DNA of 64,000 nucleotides. Origin: Clostridia bacterium. Lineage in GTDB: Bacteria; Bacillota; Clostridia; Christensenellales; Borkfalkiaceae. The stretch is taken from assembly GCA_021204585.1 (NCBI GenBank), contig JAJPZC010000163.1, positions 7,388-71,387 of the forward strand. The letters run 5' to 3'. Positions 28,289 through 39,056 of the stretch are shown here, in pieces; within the stretch, counting starts at the first letter, position 1, and the number at the start of each line of letters is the position of its first letter. The notes below the pieces were generated by a model that saw only the letters and a list, made by a program, of their open reading frames with translations, searched no databases and was not told where the DNA came from. The translations under genes and the position numbers were made by a program.

Positions 28289-28603
28289 TCTTTCCGGGCG
28301 CCATTACCCTTATGCCCGCTAACCCATGATCCGCGGCTTCACATTCCCCTGTGTGCGCCGCACGATAGATTTCCCAAAATTTCTGCCATATGGCTCCTAT
28401 ACAGCGCCGTGGGCTCACCGCCTGCGGCGTTTGTCACCCACAGGGCACAGGGCGCCCCGCCGTCCCCAGGACGGCAGCCCTGCAGGCCTGCAGGAGCCTG
28501 CGGCCTGTTTTCCGGCCCCGCAGCGCACTGCGCCTGAAGGGCCCGGATCCAGACTGTCCCGCCTGCATAAATGAGAGGGCGTTTAAATAGAAGAGACATT
28601 ATT

Positions 28604-29140
28604 ATGAACTACGGTAAAATCAAGTGGTATGACATAGCGGACGGCCCGGGCGTTCGTGTGTCGCTCTTTGTGAGCGGCTGCCGCAACCACTGCAAGAACT
28701 GCTTCAACCCTGAGACCTGGGACTTCTGCTACGGCGAACCCTTCACAAAGGAAGTGGAGGACTCTATTCTGAAAGGCCTTGAGCCGGACCACATCAAGGG
28801 TCTTACCCTCCTTGGCGGAGACCCCTTTGAGCCTGAGAACGCAGAAGTGCTTGCGCCTTTCGTGGAGCGTGTCCGTGCCAACTACCCCAACAAGACCATC
28901 TGGTGCTACACCGGCTACACCTTCGATGAGCTTTTGACCGGCAAGCGCATCCCCGTGGACACAGTCCTTAGGATCTTCCGCTGCCTAGACATCCTTGTGG
29001 ACGGCCGCTTCGTGGAGGCCCTCAAGGACCTCACCCTTCTCTTCCGCGGCTCCTCCAACCAGCGCCTCATCCTGGTGCAGGAATCCCTGAAGAAGGACGA
29101 GGTGGTCTGCTGGGACGGCATAACGCAGTACGACATCTGA
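28604..29140 (+). CDS. nrdG: Anaerobic RNR activating radical-SAM protein
   Basis: 178 aa from MNYGKIKWYD; GCRNHCKNCFNPETW cluster motif. Confidence 0.93.
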   Translation: MNYGKIKWYDIADGPGVRVSLFVSGCRNHCKNCFNPETWDFCYGEPFTKEVEDSILKGLEPDHIKGLTLLGGDPFEPENAEVLAPFVERVRANYPNKTIWCYTGYTFDELLTGKRIPVDTVLRIFRCLDILVDGRFVEALKDLTLLFRGSSNQRLILVQESLKKDEVVCWDGITQYDI

Positions 29141-29257
29141 CACCCAAGCCGCGCGAGGCTCTTCTGGAGCCCGTTTGGCGGCACTTATAACGCATCCAAG
29201 CCCCTTCCGGGGCGCAAAAGAGGCCCCTTTGCAGAGCCTCTGGATAACAGGAGAACG

Positions 29258-29698
29258 ATGATGAAAGTTGCTATCAAGAAGCTCTCAGACAACGCAACCG
29301 TCCCCACATACGGCAGTGAGTTCGCTGCAGGCGCAGACCTCTATTCTGCAGCCGGCGAGGCGGTGACGATCCCGCCCCATGAGACCCGTGTCATTCCCAC
29401 AGGCATAGCAGTGGAGCTTCCCGTAGGCTACGCAGGCCTCATATATGCCAGAAGCGGCCTTGCCACAAAGAGGGGCTTAGCCCCCGCCAACAAGGTTGGC
29501 GTTGTGGACTGCGACTACCGCGGCGAGGTGAAGGTGGCCCTTCACAACCACTCCAACGTCACCCAGACCATAGCCGCCGGGGAGCGCATAGCGCAGTTCA
29601 TCATAACCCCCTACGTAACCGCACAGTTCATCGTCTGCGATGAGCTTTCAGACACCGCCCGCGGCGAAGGCGGCTTCGGTTCCACCGGCACGAAGTAA
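29258..29698 (+). CDS. dut: dUTP diphosphatase
   Basis: 146 aa; AAGADLY, RSGLATKRG, GGFGSTG motifs. Confidence 0.93.
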   Translation: MMKVAIKKLSDNATVPTYGSEFAAGADLYSAAGEAVTIPPHETRVIPTGIAVELPVGYAGLIYARSGLATKRGLAPANKVGVVDCDYRGEVKVALHNHSNVTQTIAAGERIAQFIITPYVTAQFIVCDELSDTARGEGGFGSTGTK

Positions 29699-29836
29699 CC
29701 CCCTGGGGGCATTCCAGGCCGCAGGCCCGCAGCCCGGCAGGGAGCAGCAGTTTGCCTGTGCGGGCATCTGTTCAATATGCAAGCAAGGGCCTCCCGTATC
29801 CGCACGGGGGACTTTTACGTTACAGTAGCAAGAAAT

Positions 29837-29864
29837 AAGGCCTGCCTTGTCCGGCAGGCCTTTT
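29837..29864 (+). terminator. Rho-independent terminator between convergent dut and a membrane-protein gene
   Basis: AAGGCCTGCC / GGCAGGCCTT stem with 6-nt loop, TTTT tail. Confidence 0.65.
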
Positions 29865-29885
29865 GGTGCAATGCTTTGCTGTCTT

Positions 29886-30173
29886 TCATGCGGCATCAGC
29901 TGCTGTTGCTGCAGCATCGGCTGTTGCCTGCTCAGCGTCATCAGACCTGAGCCAGGATGAGTACTCGCTGTCTGTGGCCATCAGCATAAGTATGCCTGCG
30001 ACTATGCCGAAAACGTGCCCGCCGAAGAGTATCTCGCAGACGCCTGTTCCTGCGCCGGTCTGGCCCCTGTTTATCTTATGAAGCGCAATGCCTCCGAAGA
30101 TGAGCGGCAGGATGTACCAGAATCCTGTTATCATGCCGAGTATGATCATTGCTTTGATTGTTGTTTTCATCAT
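29886..30173 (-). CDS. Small 2-TM membrane protein (paralog A)
   Basis: 95 aa; ILGMITGFWYILPLIFGGIAL ... VCEILFGGHVFGIVAGILML; Ala/Asp-rich tail. Confidence 0.55.
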   Translation of the reverse strand: MMKTTIKAMIILGMITGFWYILPLIFGGIALHKINRGQTGAGTGVCEILFGGHVFGIVAGILMLMATDSEYSSWLRSDDAEQATADAAATAADAA

Positions 30174-30358
30174 ATTTCTTTCACCTCAAACGATGTATTT
30201 TGCTGTCATTGATAATGCGGCTTTGTGAACTGAGCCCTGCATCCTTTCGACATCTCCATTTTGCGGATGGCAGGGGGAAACTCAACTTGTGCCACCTGTT
30301 TGTTACAAATCACCACTCAAACCGAAGGCCTTGCAGTGAATGCAGGATGCCCTGAGGG

Positions 30359-30958
30359 TTACATCAGCGGGCCTATCCGGTATACGGGCATGCCGTCCTG
30401 TGCTGCGCAGATCATGTCTCCGGCGACGAAATACTTGTATTCCAGTGCTTTCTCGCCGCGCCTGTCATATGTGAGAACAGAGAGATTGTTCTGCTGGGTG
30501 GAGGAGCATATCATGAATGCCACAGGTCCGTTTGAACCGGCCAGGCGGATGGGAGTGGCAGACCCGTCATCGCTTTTTGCGGCAATCCAGTATGTGCGGC
30601 GGCGGGATTGTCCCTGGCATATGGAGCGCCCGCATATAGTGTACACTATCTGCAATCCGTCTGCGCTGTAAATGAATCTCCTGTTGGCGGCCACCGTCCT
30701 GTAGCCGTTGTCATTCGCAGGAACATCTGCGGGCAGGTAGCAGGATGTGTAGTCCCCGTTGCGTGAGACAAGCATGAGTATCCCTGCGACTATGCCGAAA
30801 ATGAGCCCGCCGAAGAGTATCTCGCACACGCTCAGTCCCGGGCCGGGCCTGCATTTCTTTATCCGGCTGAGCGCAATGCCGCCGACTATGAGCGGAAAAA
30901 AGTAATAGAATCCTGTGATCATGCCAAGAATGACCAGCACCCTGACTGCCTGTTTCAT
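30359..30958 (-). CDS. 2-TM membrane protein (paralog B) with an extra ~110-aa C-terminal domain of unknown function
   Basis: 199 aa from MKQAVRVLV; N-terminal ~70 aa closely parallel to paralog A. Confidence 0.55.
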   Translation of the reverse strand: MKQAVRVLVILGMITGFYYFFPLIVGGIALSRIKKCRPGPGLSVCEILFGGLIFGIVAGILMLVSRNGDYTSCYLPADVPANDNGYRTVAANRRFIYSADGLQIVYTICGRSICQGQSRRRTYWIAAKSDDGSATPIRLAGSNGPVAFMICSSTQQNNLSVLTYDRRGEKALEYKYFVAGDMICAAQDGMPVYRIGPLM

Positions 30959-31332
30959 GTTCTGTCTCCTGAGACGGCAAGGATAAGGCGCCCTTGCGGG
31001 GGTTCCGGCGGCATGCATTCCGCCGCCCTCCTGCGGCCCCGGGGAAAGCTTTGCCAGAGGCCCAGGGAAGCCACGTCTTGCCTTATGTCCGGTGCCATTC
31101 TGGGTCCGTCAGGCCATAAAAAGCAAATTGCGGCTCTCAAAATGCAAAAACAGCACTTAAATGCAAACCTGTGCAGCGCCTGCGGGATATCAACACTCCG
31201 TGCCGGGGCGTTGCTTTTCACTTGGTTTTAACAAGAAATTCTTGACGCGTTTTGTGCCAAAGTGTATACTTGGACTATAATATGGACACCTGCGCACTGT
31301 GCGCGGGCGCGCCTGCGATGGAGGGGAACAGA

Positions 31333-32274
31333 ATGTCACTTTATATGGGCCTGGATATAGGCGGAACTACCATCAAGGGAATCATTATGGATGAACAGGG
31401 ATGCATTTCAGCGGAGAACAGCATCCCTACGGTGTGCGGCGAGGGGCTTGCAGACTGCTGCGTGGAGCTTGCGGACAAGCTGCTTGGTGCAGCCGGAATA
31501 AAGGCATCAGAGCTCACGGCGGTGGGAGTGGACTGCCCCGGCATGATAGACAGCCATCACGGCAAGGTTGTCTTTGCAGGCAACCTGCGCCTGAAGGATT
31601 ATCCGCTTGCAAAGCTCATAAAGGAGAAGCTGGGCGGCGTAAAGGTGCGCATATGCAATGATGCGAATGCGGCGGCACTCGGAGAGGCGCGCTTCGGCGC
31701 CGGAAAGGGATACAGAAACAGCGTGCTCATAACCCTCGGCACAGGGATAGGTGGCGGCATAGTCATAGACGGCAAGCTCTTCGAGGGCTTCAAGTCCGCC
31801 GGAGCCGAGATAGGGCACATGGTCATAGAGAAGAACGGCATCCCCTGCACCTGCGGCAGGAAGGGATGCTTTGAAAGATATGCCTCTGCAAGGGCGCTTG
31901 AACTCAAGACCAAGGAAATCATGGCGGATGACACCTCCACGGCAATGTGGAAGACCTATACAGAGAAGACGGCCACTGCAAAGACCCCCTTTGAGTACAT
32001 GGACACGGATGACGCAGCGAAGAAAATCATAGACTGGTACCTCAAGAACCTTGCATGCGGCTGCGTCAACCTTGCCAATATCTTCCGTCCGGAAGTCATC
32101 ATGATAGGCGGAGGCGTTGCCAACCAGGGCTCCAGGCTCATAGATCCCCTGCAGAAGCTTGTGGATGCAGAGCTTTTCGGCGGCACGGATTATGCGCCCG
32201 TGAAGGTATGCGTAGCCTCCTTAGGCTCCAAGGCCGGGGAGTACGGCGCCATAGCCCTGGCACTCAGGCCGTAG
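31333..32274 (+). CDS. glcK: ROK-family glucokinase
   Basis: 313 aa from MSLYMGLDIGGTTIKG (RBS GGAGGGG); ROK Zn motif CTCGRKGCFERYAS. Confidence 0.88.
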   Translation: MSLYMGLDIGGTTIKGIIMDEQGCISAENSIPTVCGEGLADCCVELADKLLGAAGIKASELTAVGVDCPGMIDSHHGKVVFAGNLRLKDYPLAKLIKEKLGGVKVRICNDANAAALGEARFGAGKGYRNSVLITLGTGIGGGIVIDGKLFEGFKSAGAEIGHMVIEKNGIPCTCGRKGCFERYASARALELKTKEIMADDTSTAMWKTYTEKTATAKTPFEYMDTDDAAKKIIDWYLKNLACGCVNLANIFRPEVIMIGGGVANQGSRLIDPLQKLVDAELFGGTDYAPVKVCVASLGSKAGEYGAIALALRP

Positions 32275-32440
32275 CGCCCGGGAGCCAAACACAGGCGGCA
32301 CCGTTTTCCGTAGAACGGGGCCGCAGCATAACAGAGATACAGAGCGCCCCATGCCGCACGAGACGGAAAGTTGAACCAAGGCCCATGGCTTGCGGGGCGG
32401 AAAGACAAGATACACAGTCACAGGGGAGAATGTCTATACT

Positions 32441-33061
32441 ATGAAGGAAATTCCTGTAACAAGCCTGCAGAGACTTCCCATATACCTCAATTACCTCAAA
32501 TCCACGCTGGAGCAGGAGGACGTAGGCACCTATGTTTCCTCCAAGGCCATAGCGGATGCCCTCAACATGGGCGAGGTGCTTGTCCGCAAGGACCTTGCAT
32601 ACACATCCGCCGTGGGAAAGACAAGGGTAGGGTACGTGCGCAAGGAGCTGATTGCGGCTCTGGAAGAGTTTCTGGGATGCGACAGCAAGAAGAACGCAGT
32701 CATATTCGGTGCCGGCGGCCTGGGCCGGGCGCTTCTCGCATACCCCGGGTTCAAGAACTACGGCATCAACATTGTCTGTGCCTTTGACACCAATCCGGCC
32801 CGCTGCGGCCGCCTTGCCGGCAAGCCCATCTTAGAGTACAAGTACGCAAGGCCCGGCATCCACCAGACGGGTGCCCAGCTTGCCATAATAGCCACGCCCG
32901 CATCCGCAGCGCAGGAAGTCGCAGACATCCTCGTTGAGTGCGGCGTCAAGGCCATCCTCAACTTTGCGCCCATCCTCTTGAACGTTCCGGACACCTGCGT
33001 CGTCCGCAACATGGACGTGGCGGCAAACCTTGCCATTCTTTCCAGCTACCTCAACGAATAG
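32441..33061 (+). CDS. rex: Redox-sensing transcriptional repressor Rex
   Basis: 206 aa; RLPIYLNYL wHTH, Rossmann GAGGLGRAL. Confidence 0.9.
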   Translation: MKEIPVTSLQRLPIYLNYLKSTLEQEDVGTYVSSKAIADALNMGEVLVRKDLAYTSAVGKTRVGYVRKELIAALEEFLGCDSKKNAVIFGAGGLGRALLAYPGFKNYGINIVCAFDTNPARCGRLAGKPILEYKYARPGIHQTGAQLAIIATPASAAQEVADILVECGVKAILNFAPILLNVPDTCVVRNMDVAANLAILSSYLNE

Positions 33062-33154
33062 CACCGGCCCCTGGCCGGCACCCGCAGGCCGCCTGAGGCT
33101 GCCGCATACAGATCATCCGGGCCGGCGAAATGCCGGCCTTATACAGGGAGACAC

Positions 33155-33649
33155 ATGAAACCAGTGGACGAGAACAAGCTCATAACCCGCGCCCAGAGGC
33201 TCCTTAAAGCCTTGAAGGCGGTCGTGATAACCACGATAGTCCTTGTGGTCATCATTTTAGTGTGCGCTCTTTCCCTGTCCCAGTCCGGCCTCCTCGAAGA
33301 AGATTCCCCCGCATGGGGAGCCAACCTTCTCGTGGCCCTGTGCATCATAGCCATTGTGGTTGTAGCCGGCCTCTTCGTGTGCGGCGTCTGGGCCGCCATA
33401 ATGGCCTCACGCCTTCACAAGGTGCAGGTTGAGAAGGCAAAGAGGGCCAGAGTGCCTCTCTCATACAGGGAACCTGAAGACGAGGTTCCGGATGAGCATT
33501 CTGCCTCCGCAGAGGCGGCGGCACCCGAACAGGACAAGTCTCCGGCTCCCGCTGAAGAGGGGGAGCCCCAAGCGAAAGTTGGGCAAACAGACGATAAGCC
33601 GTCCGGTGACGTGCCTGCAGATCCCGGCGTGGACGGGGCAGACAGATGA
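33155..33649 (+). CDS. Hypothetical membrane protein with acidic/Pro-rich tail
   Basis: 164 aa; two clear hydrophobic helices then a low-complexity E/P/A tail; no motif recognised. Confidence 0.5.
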   Translation: MKPVDENKLITRAQRLLKALKAVVITTIVLVVIILVCALSLSQSGLLEEDSPAWGANLLVALCIIAIVVVAGLFVCGVWAAIMASRLHKVQVEKAKRARVPLSYREPEDEVPDEHSASAEAAAPEQDKSPAPAEEGEPQAKVGQTDDKPSGDVPADPGVDGADR

Positions 33650-33728
33650 TACAGACTTGGATTAAGGACCCTCTGCAAAGCGGGTCCGTTGACATAACAC
33701 AGAAACGGAAGGAGAAGGGGGATTACGA

Positions 33729-36700
33729 TTGAAAAAGTTCTTTGCTTTTATAACCAGACAATCCGTCGCCATTGTCCTTATAGTGATTTTAGTCCTGGCG
33801 CTGGGCATCTACGCATCCGTTGAGATGCCCATAAACCTTCTGCCGGACATACAGATACCCATGGTGTGCGTGCAGGCCATCTACGTCGGAGCCAACGCCC
33901 AGTCCGCAGAGACGGACGTGACGGAGCCCCTCGAGGAGGGCCTTTCAGCCATATCCGGCGTAACGGGCGTCAGCAGCTACTCATACGACAACCTCTCCGC
34001 CGTTGTCCTTTCCTTTGACTACGGCACTGACACTTCCGAAAAGCAGACCGAGATCCAGTCCAAGCTCTCATCCATATCCCTTCCGGACGACGTCATAACA
34101 TCCGTATACGACATAGACCTCAACTCCGAGGCACTGGCCACCATCTCCGTCACCTCAGACGCCTCTGACGACGAGATGACCAACCTCCAGAACGCATACA
34201 AGGCGGCGCAGGAGCTCTCCTCCAAGCTCTCGGCTGTGGACGGCGTGGAGTCCGTTGACATCAAGGGCGGCGCCGACCTTTCCTACCTCATACAGCCCTA
34301 CGGCGGCCTTGAGCTCATCGCCCCGCTCATCGTGGAAGCCTTCTCATACGGCGACTATGACCTGCCTTTAGGCAGCGTCACCGAAGATGACCTCTCCGTC
34401 CAGATCCGCAACGTCACGGACGTCACCTCAGTTGAAGACATAGAGAACATGCCCGTCACCCTTCCTTCCAGCGTGGTTACCCTTCTGGAAAGCGTCAAAG
34501 AGCAGATGATTCCGCTCATGGGTGAGGCCATATATGAACAGATAGCATCCTCCATCGGCGAAGAGATATACAGCCAGATAGACTCCCAGCTGCAGGCAAA
34601 CACCGTACTGCTGAAGCTGCTGGGGTTTACGTATCCGGATGACATCGAAGACATAATGCAGAACACCACGGTGCTTAACTCCATAAAGAACACCCTTTCT
34701 GCCAGCAGCCTGAGCCTCACAGATGAGATCCTGTACAGCATAATGGTGGAGAAGGACTATGCTGCCGTAACAGATGCAGGCACGGACTTCTTCTCTGCCC
34801 TTCTTGCGGATGATGATTACAATGCGCTTATTCACAGCGGCATCATATCCGCTGTGGGAGCAGACCTTTCAGATGACATCCTGACCAGCATACTGGTGAA
34901 AAAGCAGTATAGTGCCATAGAGGATGCGGATGCCTCGTTCTTTGCAGGCCTGCTTGCGAATGACACGTACAGCGCAGAGATCCATGAGGGCATACAGAGC
35001 GCAGCGGGCTCAGATCTTTCAAATGAGCTGCTCTACTACATCCTGGAGGAGGCGGACTTCAGCTCAGCCACGGAAGACGGGCTCACCGTTCACCTCTCTG
35101 ACATAACCACGATAACACCGCAGGAGACATTCTCCTCGTACGTATACTATTCGGACGGCGAGATAAGCCTCATACACGGCACCCTTATTGAGGTGTACAA
35201 GTCCAACGGCGCAAACTCAGCGGCCGTGGTGAAGAGCGTAAAGAGCATATTCGAGGACTATGAGGCCACGGACGGGCTGCAGTACAGCGCAAGCGTGCAG
35301 CTGCTGGATGACCAGTCAGACTTCATATCCTCAAGCATAGAGAACGTTGTCATAAGCATGATCATAGGCGCAGTGCTGGCCGTCATAGTCATCTTTCTGT
35401 TCCTCAAGAAGGTGCGCACGTCGCTCATCATTGCCATCACGATGCCCCTGTCGGTGCTTGCTGCCATAGGATGCCTGTACCTCATGGGCATAACGCTCAA
35501 CATGGTGTCCTTAGGGGGCCTTGCGGTCGGCATAGGAATGCTGGTGGACAACTCAATAGTCGTCATAGAGAACATTACGCTGCACAGGGAGAAGGGCAAG
35601 AACGCCTACCGCGCCGCAGTGGACGGCACCACGGAGGTTGCCGGTGCACTCTTCGGCTCAACGCTTACGACCATATGCGTGTTCGTCCCTATAATCTTCA
35701 CCGGCGGGCTTACGGCAGAGATATTCGTAGACCTCGCATGGGCGGTAATATACTCGCTTGGCTTCTCATTCATAGTGGCGGTGACAGTCATCCCCAGCCT
35801 CTACATTCTGTTCTCCGGGCAGCGCAGAGTGCTTCTTAACGGCGGCAAGCCGGCAAGAGAGATTGCACTGGCCGGAAAGACCAGGTATGACACCGCACCC
35901 GCAGCCGAGAGCGCCGGGGGCGGTTACGGAGAGACTGCATATGCAGGCGCAGAGCCTGCCCTGGCCGCAGCGGGAGCTGCTGTGGCGGGAGCAGCGGTTC
36001 TTGCAGACAGCACATCCGGCGAAGGAGGAGCATCTGCACCCGGAGGTGCCGGTGAAGGCGGATCCGGCGATGACGGCAGCGGAAAGAAGGGCAGGAAGGG
36101 CAAGAAGGACAAGAAGCCCGGAAAGTTCGTGGAGTGGTTCCGCAAGCCGAACTTCATGGCGCCCATCGCAGGGGCTTACGGCAACAAGATTCTGCCTGCA
36201 GTCCTGAACAAGAAGCTCCTTACCATAATAATAGCCATAGTTGTCTTCGGCGCCAGCATAGGCCTGCTGTTCTTAACCGGCACCGAGTTCCTGCCCTCAA
36301 TAGACAAGGGGCAGATTGAGGTGGACATGAGCTACTCCGCCACAACCCAGCTGGAGGAGAAGCAGGAGGACGTGTACAAGTTCGCCACTATAATCTCAGA
36401 CAACGTGGACAACATAGACTACGTGTCCGTAAACATTGGCAAGAACGGCCTTTTGGCCCTTACGGATACGGGCATCATAACGGTACAGCTTACAACTAAC
36501 CGCCACACCAGCAGGATAGTCTCCAGCATCCGCCAGCTTGCAGCAGACTCCAAGGCCAGCGGAGACATAACAGGCTCCGTTACAGTAAAGGAAGTGGATG
36601 GCGTTGTAGCCTCCCTCACGTCCGGCATGAGCGACTTGTCGGTCACCATAGTGGGAGATGACGGGGACACCCTCAACGAGATCGCCGCAAAGATTGAGGA

Positions 36701-38090
36701 GCAGCTGGTTTTAAACGGCTTCGACGACGTGACGGACAGCGCCGCAGACGCCTCATACGAATACAACCTCACCTTTGACCGCTACGAAATGGAGCGCCTG
36801 GGCCTCGACTACAGCACCCTGATCCTCACGCTCCGCATAGGCATAGCATCATATACGGCATGCACCGTCACCCTTGGAACGGACACGTATGACATAGACG
36901 TGCAGTTTGCAGATGACGCAATAACCAGCATAGACGACCTCCTGGACTTCGTTGTGGGCTATACCACGGACTCAGAGAACAACGTCTTAGCCATTCCGCT
37001 TAAGGACATCATTGTTCCGTATTCAACGGATGCTGACGGCAACGTCACAGAGTACGTCCACAAGGAGCAGACGGATGCCTGCATACGCCGCACCAACGGA
37101 CAGCAGATGATATCCGTCTCAGCAAGCAAGAACAGCACAGACACCGGCACGGCCAGCACCGAGATGCAGAAGATTGCAAAAGAGGTGCTCAATGACTATG
37201 ACGGCTACTCATTCGAGGTAAGCGGCATAGCCAGCTACCTTTCAGACGCCTTCTCCGGCCTCATCGTAGCCCTCGTGGTATCCCTGTTCCTGCTGTACGC
37301 AGTAATGGCCATCCAGTTCTCATCCGGCATAAAGCCGCTCATCATAATGGCGTCCATACCGTTCAGCTTTACCGGCGGCTTCATCTTCCTTGTCATAACC
37401 GGCTCCACGCTGAACGTAGTCTCGTTCATAGGCCTCATAATGCTCATGGGCGTTGTAGTCAACAACGCAATAGTCATGCTGGAAAAGATCAAGCAGCTTC
37501 ATGAAGCAGGCATGCAGCATTACTACGCAGTGCAGGAGGCATGCAAGACAAGGCTCCGTCCCATCCTCATGACCACCCTGACAACCATCCTGGCGCTCAT
37601 ACCCATTGCCATTGGCATAGGGCAGGGCAGTGAGCTCATGCAGCCACTCGGCATAGTGGTCATCGGCGGCCTCCTCATAGGCACCCTCGTAACTCTGGTT
37701 CTCACACCCACCATATACAGCGCCGTGCACCATCTCTCCAAGCAGTACCCGGAGGGCAAGAAGGCCGCAATGCTTGCCGCCCAGGCAGCCGCAGCAGAAG
37801 CTGCCGCAACAGACGCTGCCGCCGCAGGCGCTCCCGCTGCAGACATGACAGACGCCTCTGCAGCAGAGGCTGCATTACCCCGCTTAGACGCAAACAGTGC
37901 GGATATGCTTGATCCAACGGGCAGTGGAGAGGCCGCAGGCACATCCCTGCAGGCCGCAGAAAGGCCCGTTAAAGGGCCTCTGGAGGCGAATACAGAGGCC
38001 ACTGCAGAGCCCTTGGAAGAGCCCGCATCAGAGTGCGCAGAAAGCCCTGCAGAGCCAGCAGAAGGCACAGATTCCGGGGACGAAACATGA
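33729..38090 (+). CDS. Oversized RND-superfamily (AcrB-like) transporter permease
   Basis: 1453 aa, TTG start after AAGGAGAAGGGGG; AcrB-like TM blocks ([20 protein letters not shown]; [20 protein letters not shown]), internal ~51-aa repeats, a G/A-rich linker and an acidic Ala-rich tail. Confidence 0.85.
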   Translation: MKKFFAFITRQSVAIVLIVILVLALGIYASVEMPINLLPDIQIPMVCVQAIYVGANAQSAETDVTEPLEEGLSAISGVTGVSSYSYDNLSAVVLSFDYGTDTSEKQTEIQSKLSSISLPDDVITSVYDIDLNSEALATISVTSDASDDEMTNLQNAYKAAQELSSKLSAVDGVESVDIKGGADLSYLIQPYGGLELIAPLIVEAFSYGDYDLPLGSVTEDDLSVQIRNVTDVTSVEDIENMPVTLPSSVVTLLESVKEQMIPLMGEAIYEQIASSIGEEIYSQIDSQLQANTVLLKLLGFTYPDDIEDIMQNTTVLNSIKNTLSASSLSLTDEILYSIMVEKDYAAVTDAGTDFFSALLADDDYNALIHSGIISAVGADLSDDILTSILVKKQYSAIEDADASFFAGLLANDTYSAEIHEGIQSAAGSDLSNELLYYILEEADFSSATEDGLTVHLSDITTITPQETFSSYVYYSDGEISLIHGTLIEVYKSNGANSAAVVKSVKSIFEDYEATDGLQYSASVQLLDDQSDFISSSIENVVISMIIGAVLAVIVIFLFLKKVRTSLIIAITMPLSVLAAIGCLYLMGITLNMVSLGGLAVGIGMLVDNSIVVIENITLHREKGKNAYRAAVDGTTEVAGALFGSTLTTICVFVPIIFTGGLTAEIFVDLAWAVIYSLGFSFIVAVTVIPSLYILFSGQRRVLLNGGKPAREIALAGKTRYDTAPAAESAGGGYGETAYAGAEPALAAAGAAVAGAAVLADSTSGEGGASAPGGAGEGGSGDDGSGKKGRKGKKDKKPGKFVEWFRKPNFMAPIAGAYGNKILPAVLNKKLLTIIIAIVVFGASIGLLFLTGTEFLPSIDKGQIEVDMSYSATTQLEEKQEDVYKFATIISDNVDNIDYVSVNIGKNGLLALTDTGIITVQLTTNRHTSRIVSSIRQLAADSKASGDITGSVTVKEVDGVVASLTSGMSDLSVTIVGDDGDTLNEIAAKIEEQLVLNGFDDVTDSAADASYEYNLTFDRYEMERLGLDYSTLILTLRIGIASYTACTVTLGTDTYDIDVQFADDAITSIDDLLDFVVGYTTDSENNVLAIPLKDIIVPYSTDADGNVTEYVHKEQTDACIRRTNGQQMISVSASKNSTDTGTASTEMQKIAKEVLNDYDGYSFEVSGIASYLSDAFSGLIVALVVSLFLLYAVMAIQFSSGIKPLIIMASIPFSFTGGFIFLVITGSTLNVVSFIGLIMLMGVVVNNAIVMLEKIKQLHEAGMQHYYAVQEACKTRLRPILMTTLTTILALIPIAIGIGQGSELMQPLGIVVIGGLLIGTLVTLVLTPTIYSAVHHLSKQYPEGKKAAMLAAQAAAAEAAATDAAAAGAPAADMTDASAAEAALPRLDANSADMLDPTGSGEAAGTSLQAAERPVKGPLEANTEATAEPLEEPASECAESPAEPAEGTDSGDET

Positions 38091-38623
38091 CCCTCAATGA
38101 TATAAGCAAGTTCATAGCCTTGATCCTTCGCCACAAGCCGGAGGTTATAGGCATACAGCTGGATGAGCACGGCTGGGCCAATGTGGATGAGCTCATAGCG
38201 GGCATAAACCGTCAGACGACATTCAACATGCAGATGTTGGAGAAGATAGTCCGTGAGGATGAAAAGATGAGGTACTCCTTCAACGAGGACAAGACCCTCA
38301 TCCGTGCCAACCAGGGGCACTCCATCCCCGTGGACGTAGGGCTTGCAGAGTCCGTTCCTCCGGACATTCTGTATCATGGGACGGGGGAGAAGTATACGGC
38401 TTCCATAGACGTTCAGGGTCTTGTCCCGAAGTCCCGCCTGTACGTGCATCTTTCCAGGGATACGGAGACGGCCATAAAGGTTGGCTCCCGCCACGGCAAA
38501 GCCGTCATATACGAGGTTCTGGCCGGCCAAATGGAGCAGGACGGGTACAGGTTCTACCTCTCTGCAAACGGCGTGTGGCTCACAAAGCACGTGCCGGTGA
38601 AGTACCTGCGGAAGCTCCTGTAA
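38087..38623 (+). CDS. kptA: RNA 2'-phosphotransferase (Tpt1/KptA family)
   Basis: 178 aa; [41 protein letters not shown]; start overlaps the RND stop as ATGA. Confidence 0.88.
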   Translation: MTLNDISKFIALILRHKPEVIGIQLDEHGWANVDELIAGINRQTTFNMQMLEKIVREDEKMRYSFNEDKTLIRANQGHSIPVDVGLAESVPPDILYHGTGEKYTASIDVQGLVPKSRLYVHLSRDTETAIKVGSRHGKAVIYEVLAGQMEQDGYRFYLSANGVWLTKHVPVKYLRKLL

Positions 38624-38835
38624 GCCCCGTATAAGCCTCATACGGCGCCTATAAAGCGCATATAAGGCGCTTCCAAGGCCCGCACAGAGCCCCTGCAGAG
38701 CCCCTGTCCAATGCCTCAAGACATGAAGAACACACTGTGCGGCTCTCCAAAATCAGCAATTTTTATGCAAGATTACAGTCCCGCTCATATGCCCTCCGGA
38801 GGGGAAAAAAGCGGCCTTTTACGATATATATGCCG

Positions 38836-38868
38836 GCGGTTCTACCTGTGGTAGAGCCGCTTTTTTTT
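38836..38868 (+). terminator. Strong rho-independent terminator
   Basis: GCGGTTCTACC TGT GGTAGAGCCGC (11-bp stem), followed by T8. Confidence 0.8.
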
Positions 38869-38929
38869 GCGGTAGAAACATGATTTTAAAGTGTGTAGAG
38901 CATGTCCCCTGAGGGCCCGTGTGCGATGA

Positions 38930-38957
38930 TTGACAAATTTTTGCCCGCCCATATAAT
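38930..38957 (+). promoter_or_regulatory. SigA-type promoter upstream of degV
   Basis: TTGACA, 16-nt spacer, TATAAT. Confidence 0.55.
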
Positions 38958-39056
38958 GAGAAACTGGAAACAGAAAAACCGCCCTGTGGAAAGGGCGGTG
39001 TCATCACACTTTACAGTCCGGCACGCTAAGCCGGAGCCATACAGGAGATACGTATT

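Noticed and set aside
37523-38719. Very long antisense or out-of-frame ORFs. Examples: 37523-38719 (-), 61966-63264 (-), 10487-11302 (-), 42209-43060 (+), 1847-2548 (-), 26750-27520 (-).
   Set aside because: Each lies entirely inside, or opposite, a gene with clear family motifs. Their translations are Arg/Ala/Gly/His-rich low-complexity strings without RBS or motifs. This is typical of stop-codon-poor frames in GC-rich DNA.
39003-39020. Exact 12-mers shared between distant intergenic regions (CACACTTTACAG at about 39006 and 41677; ATTTATGCAAAA at about 18321 and 22552).
   Set aside because: Many 12-mer coincidences are expected by chance among all position pairs in 64 kb, and the flanks do not extend the match.
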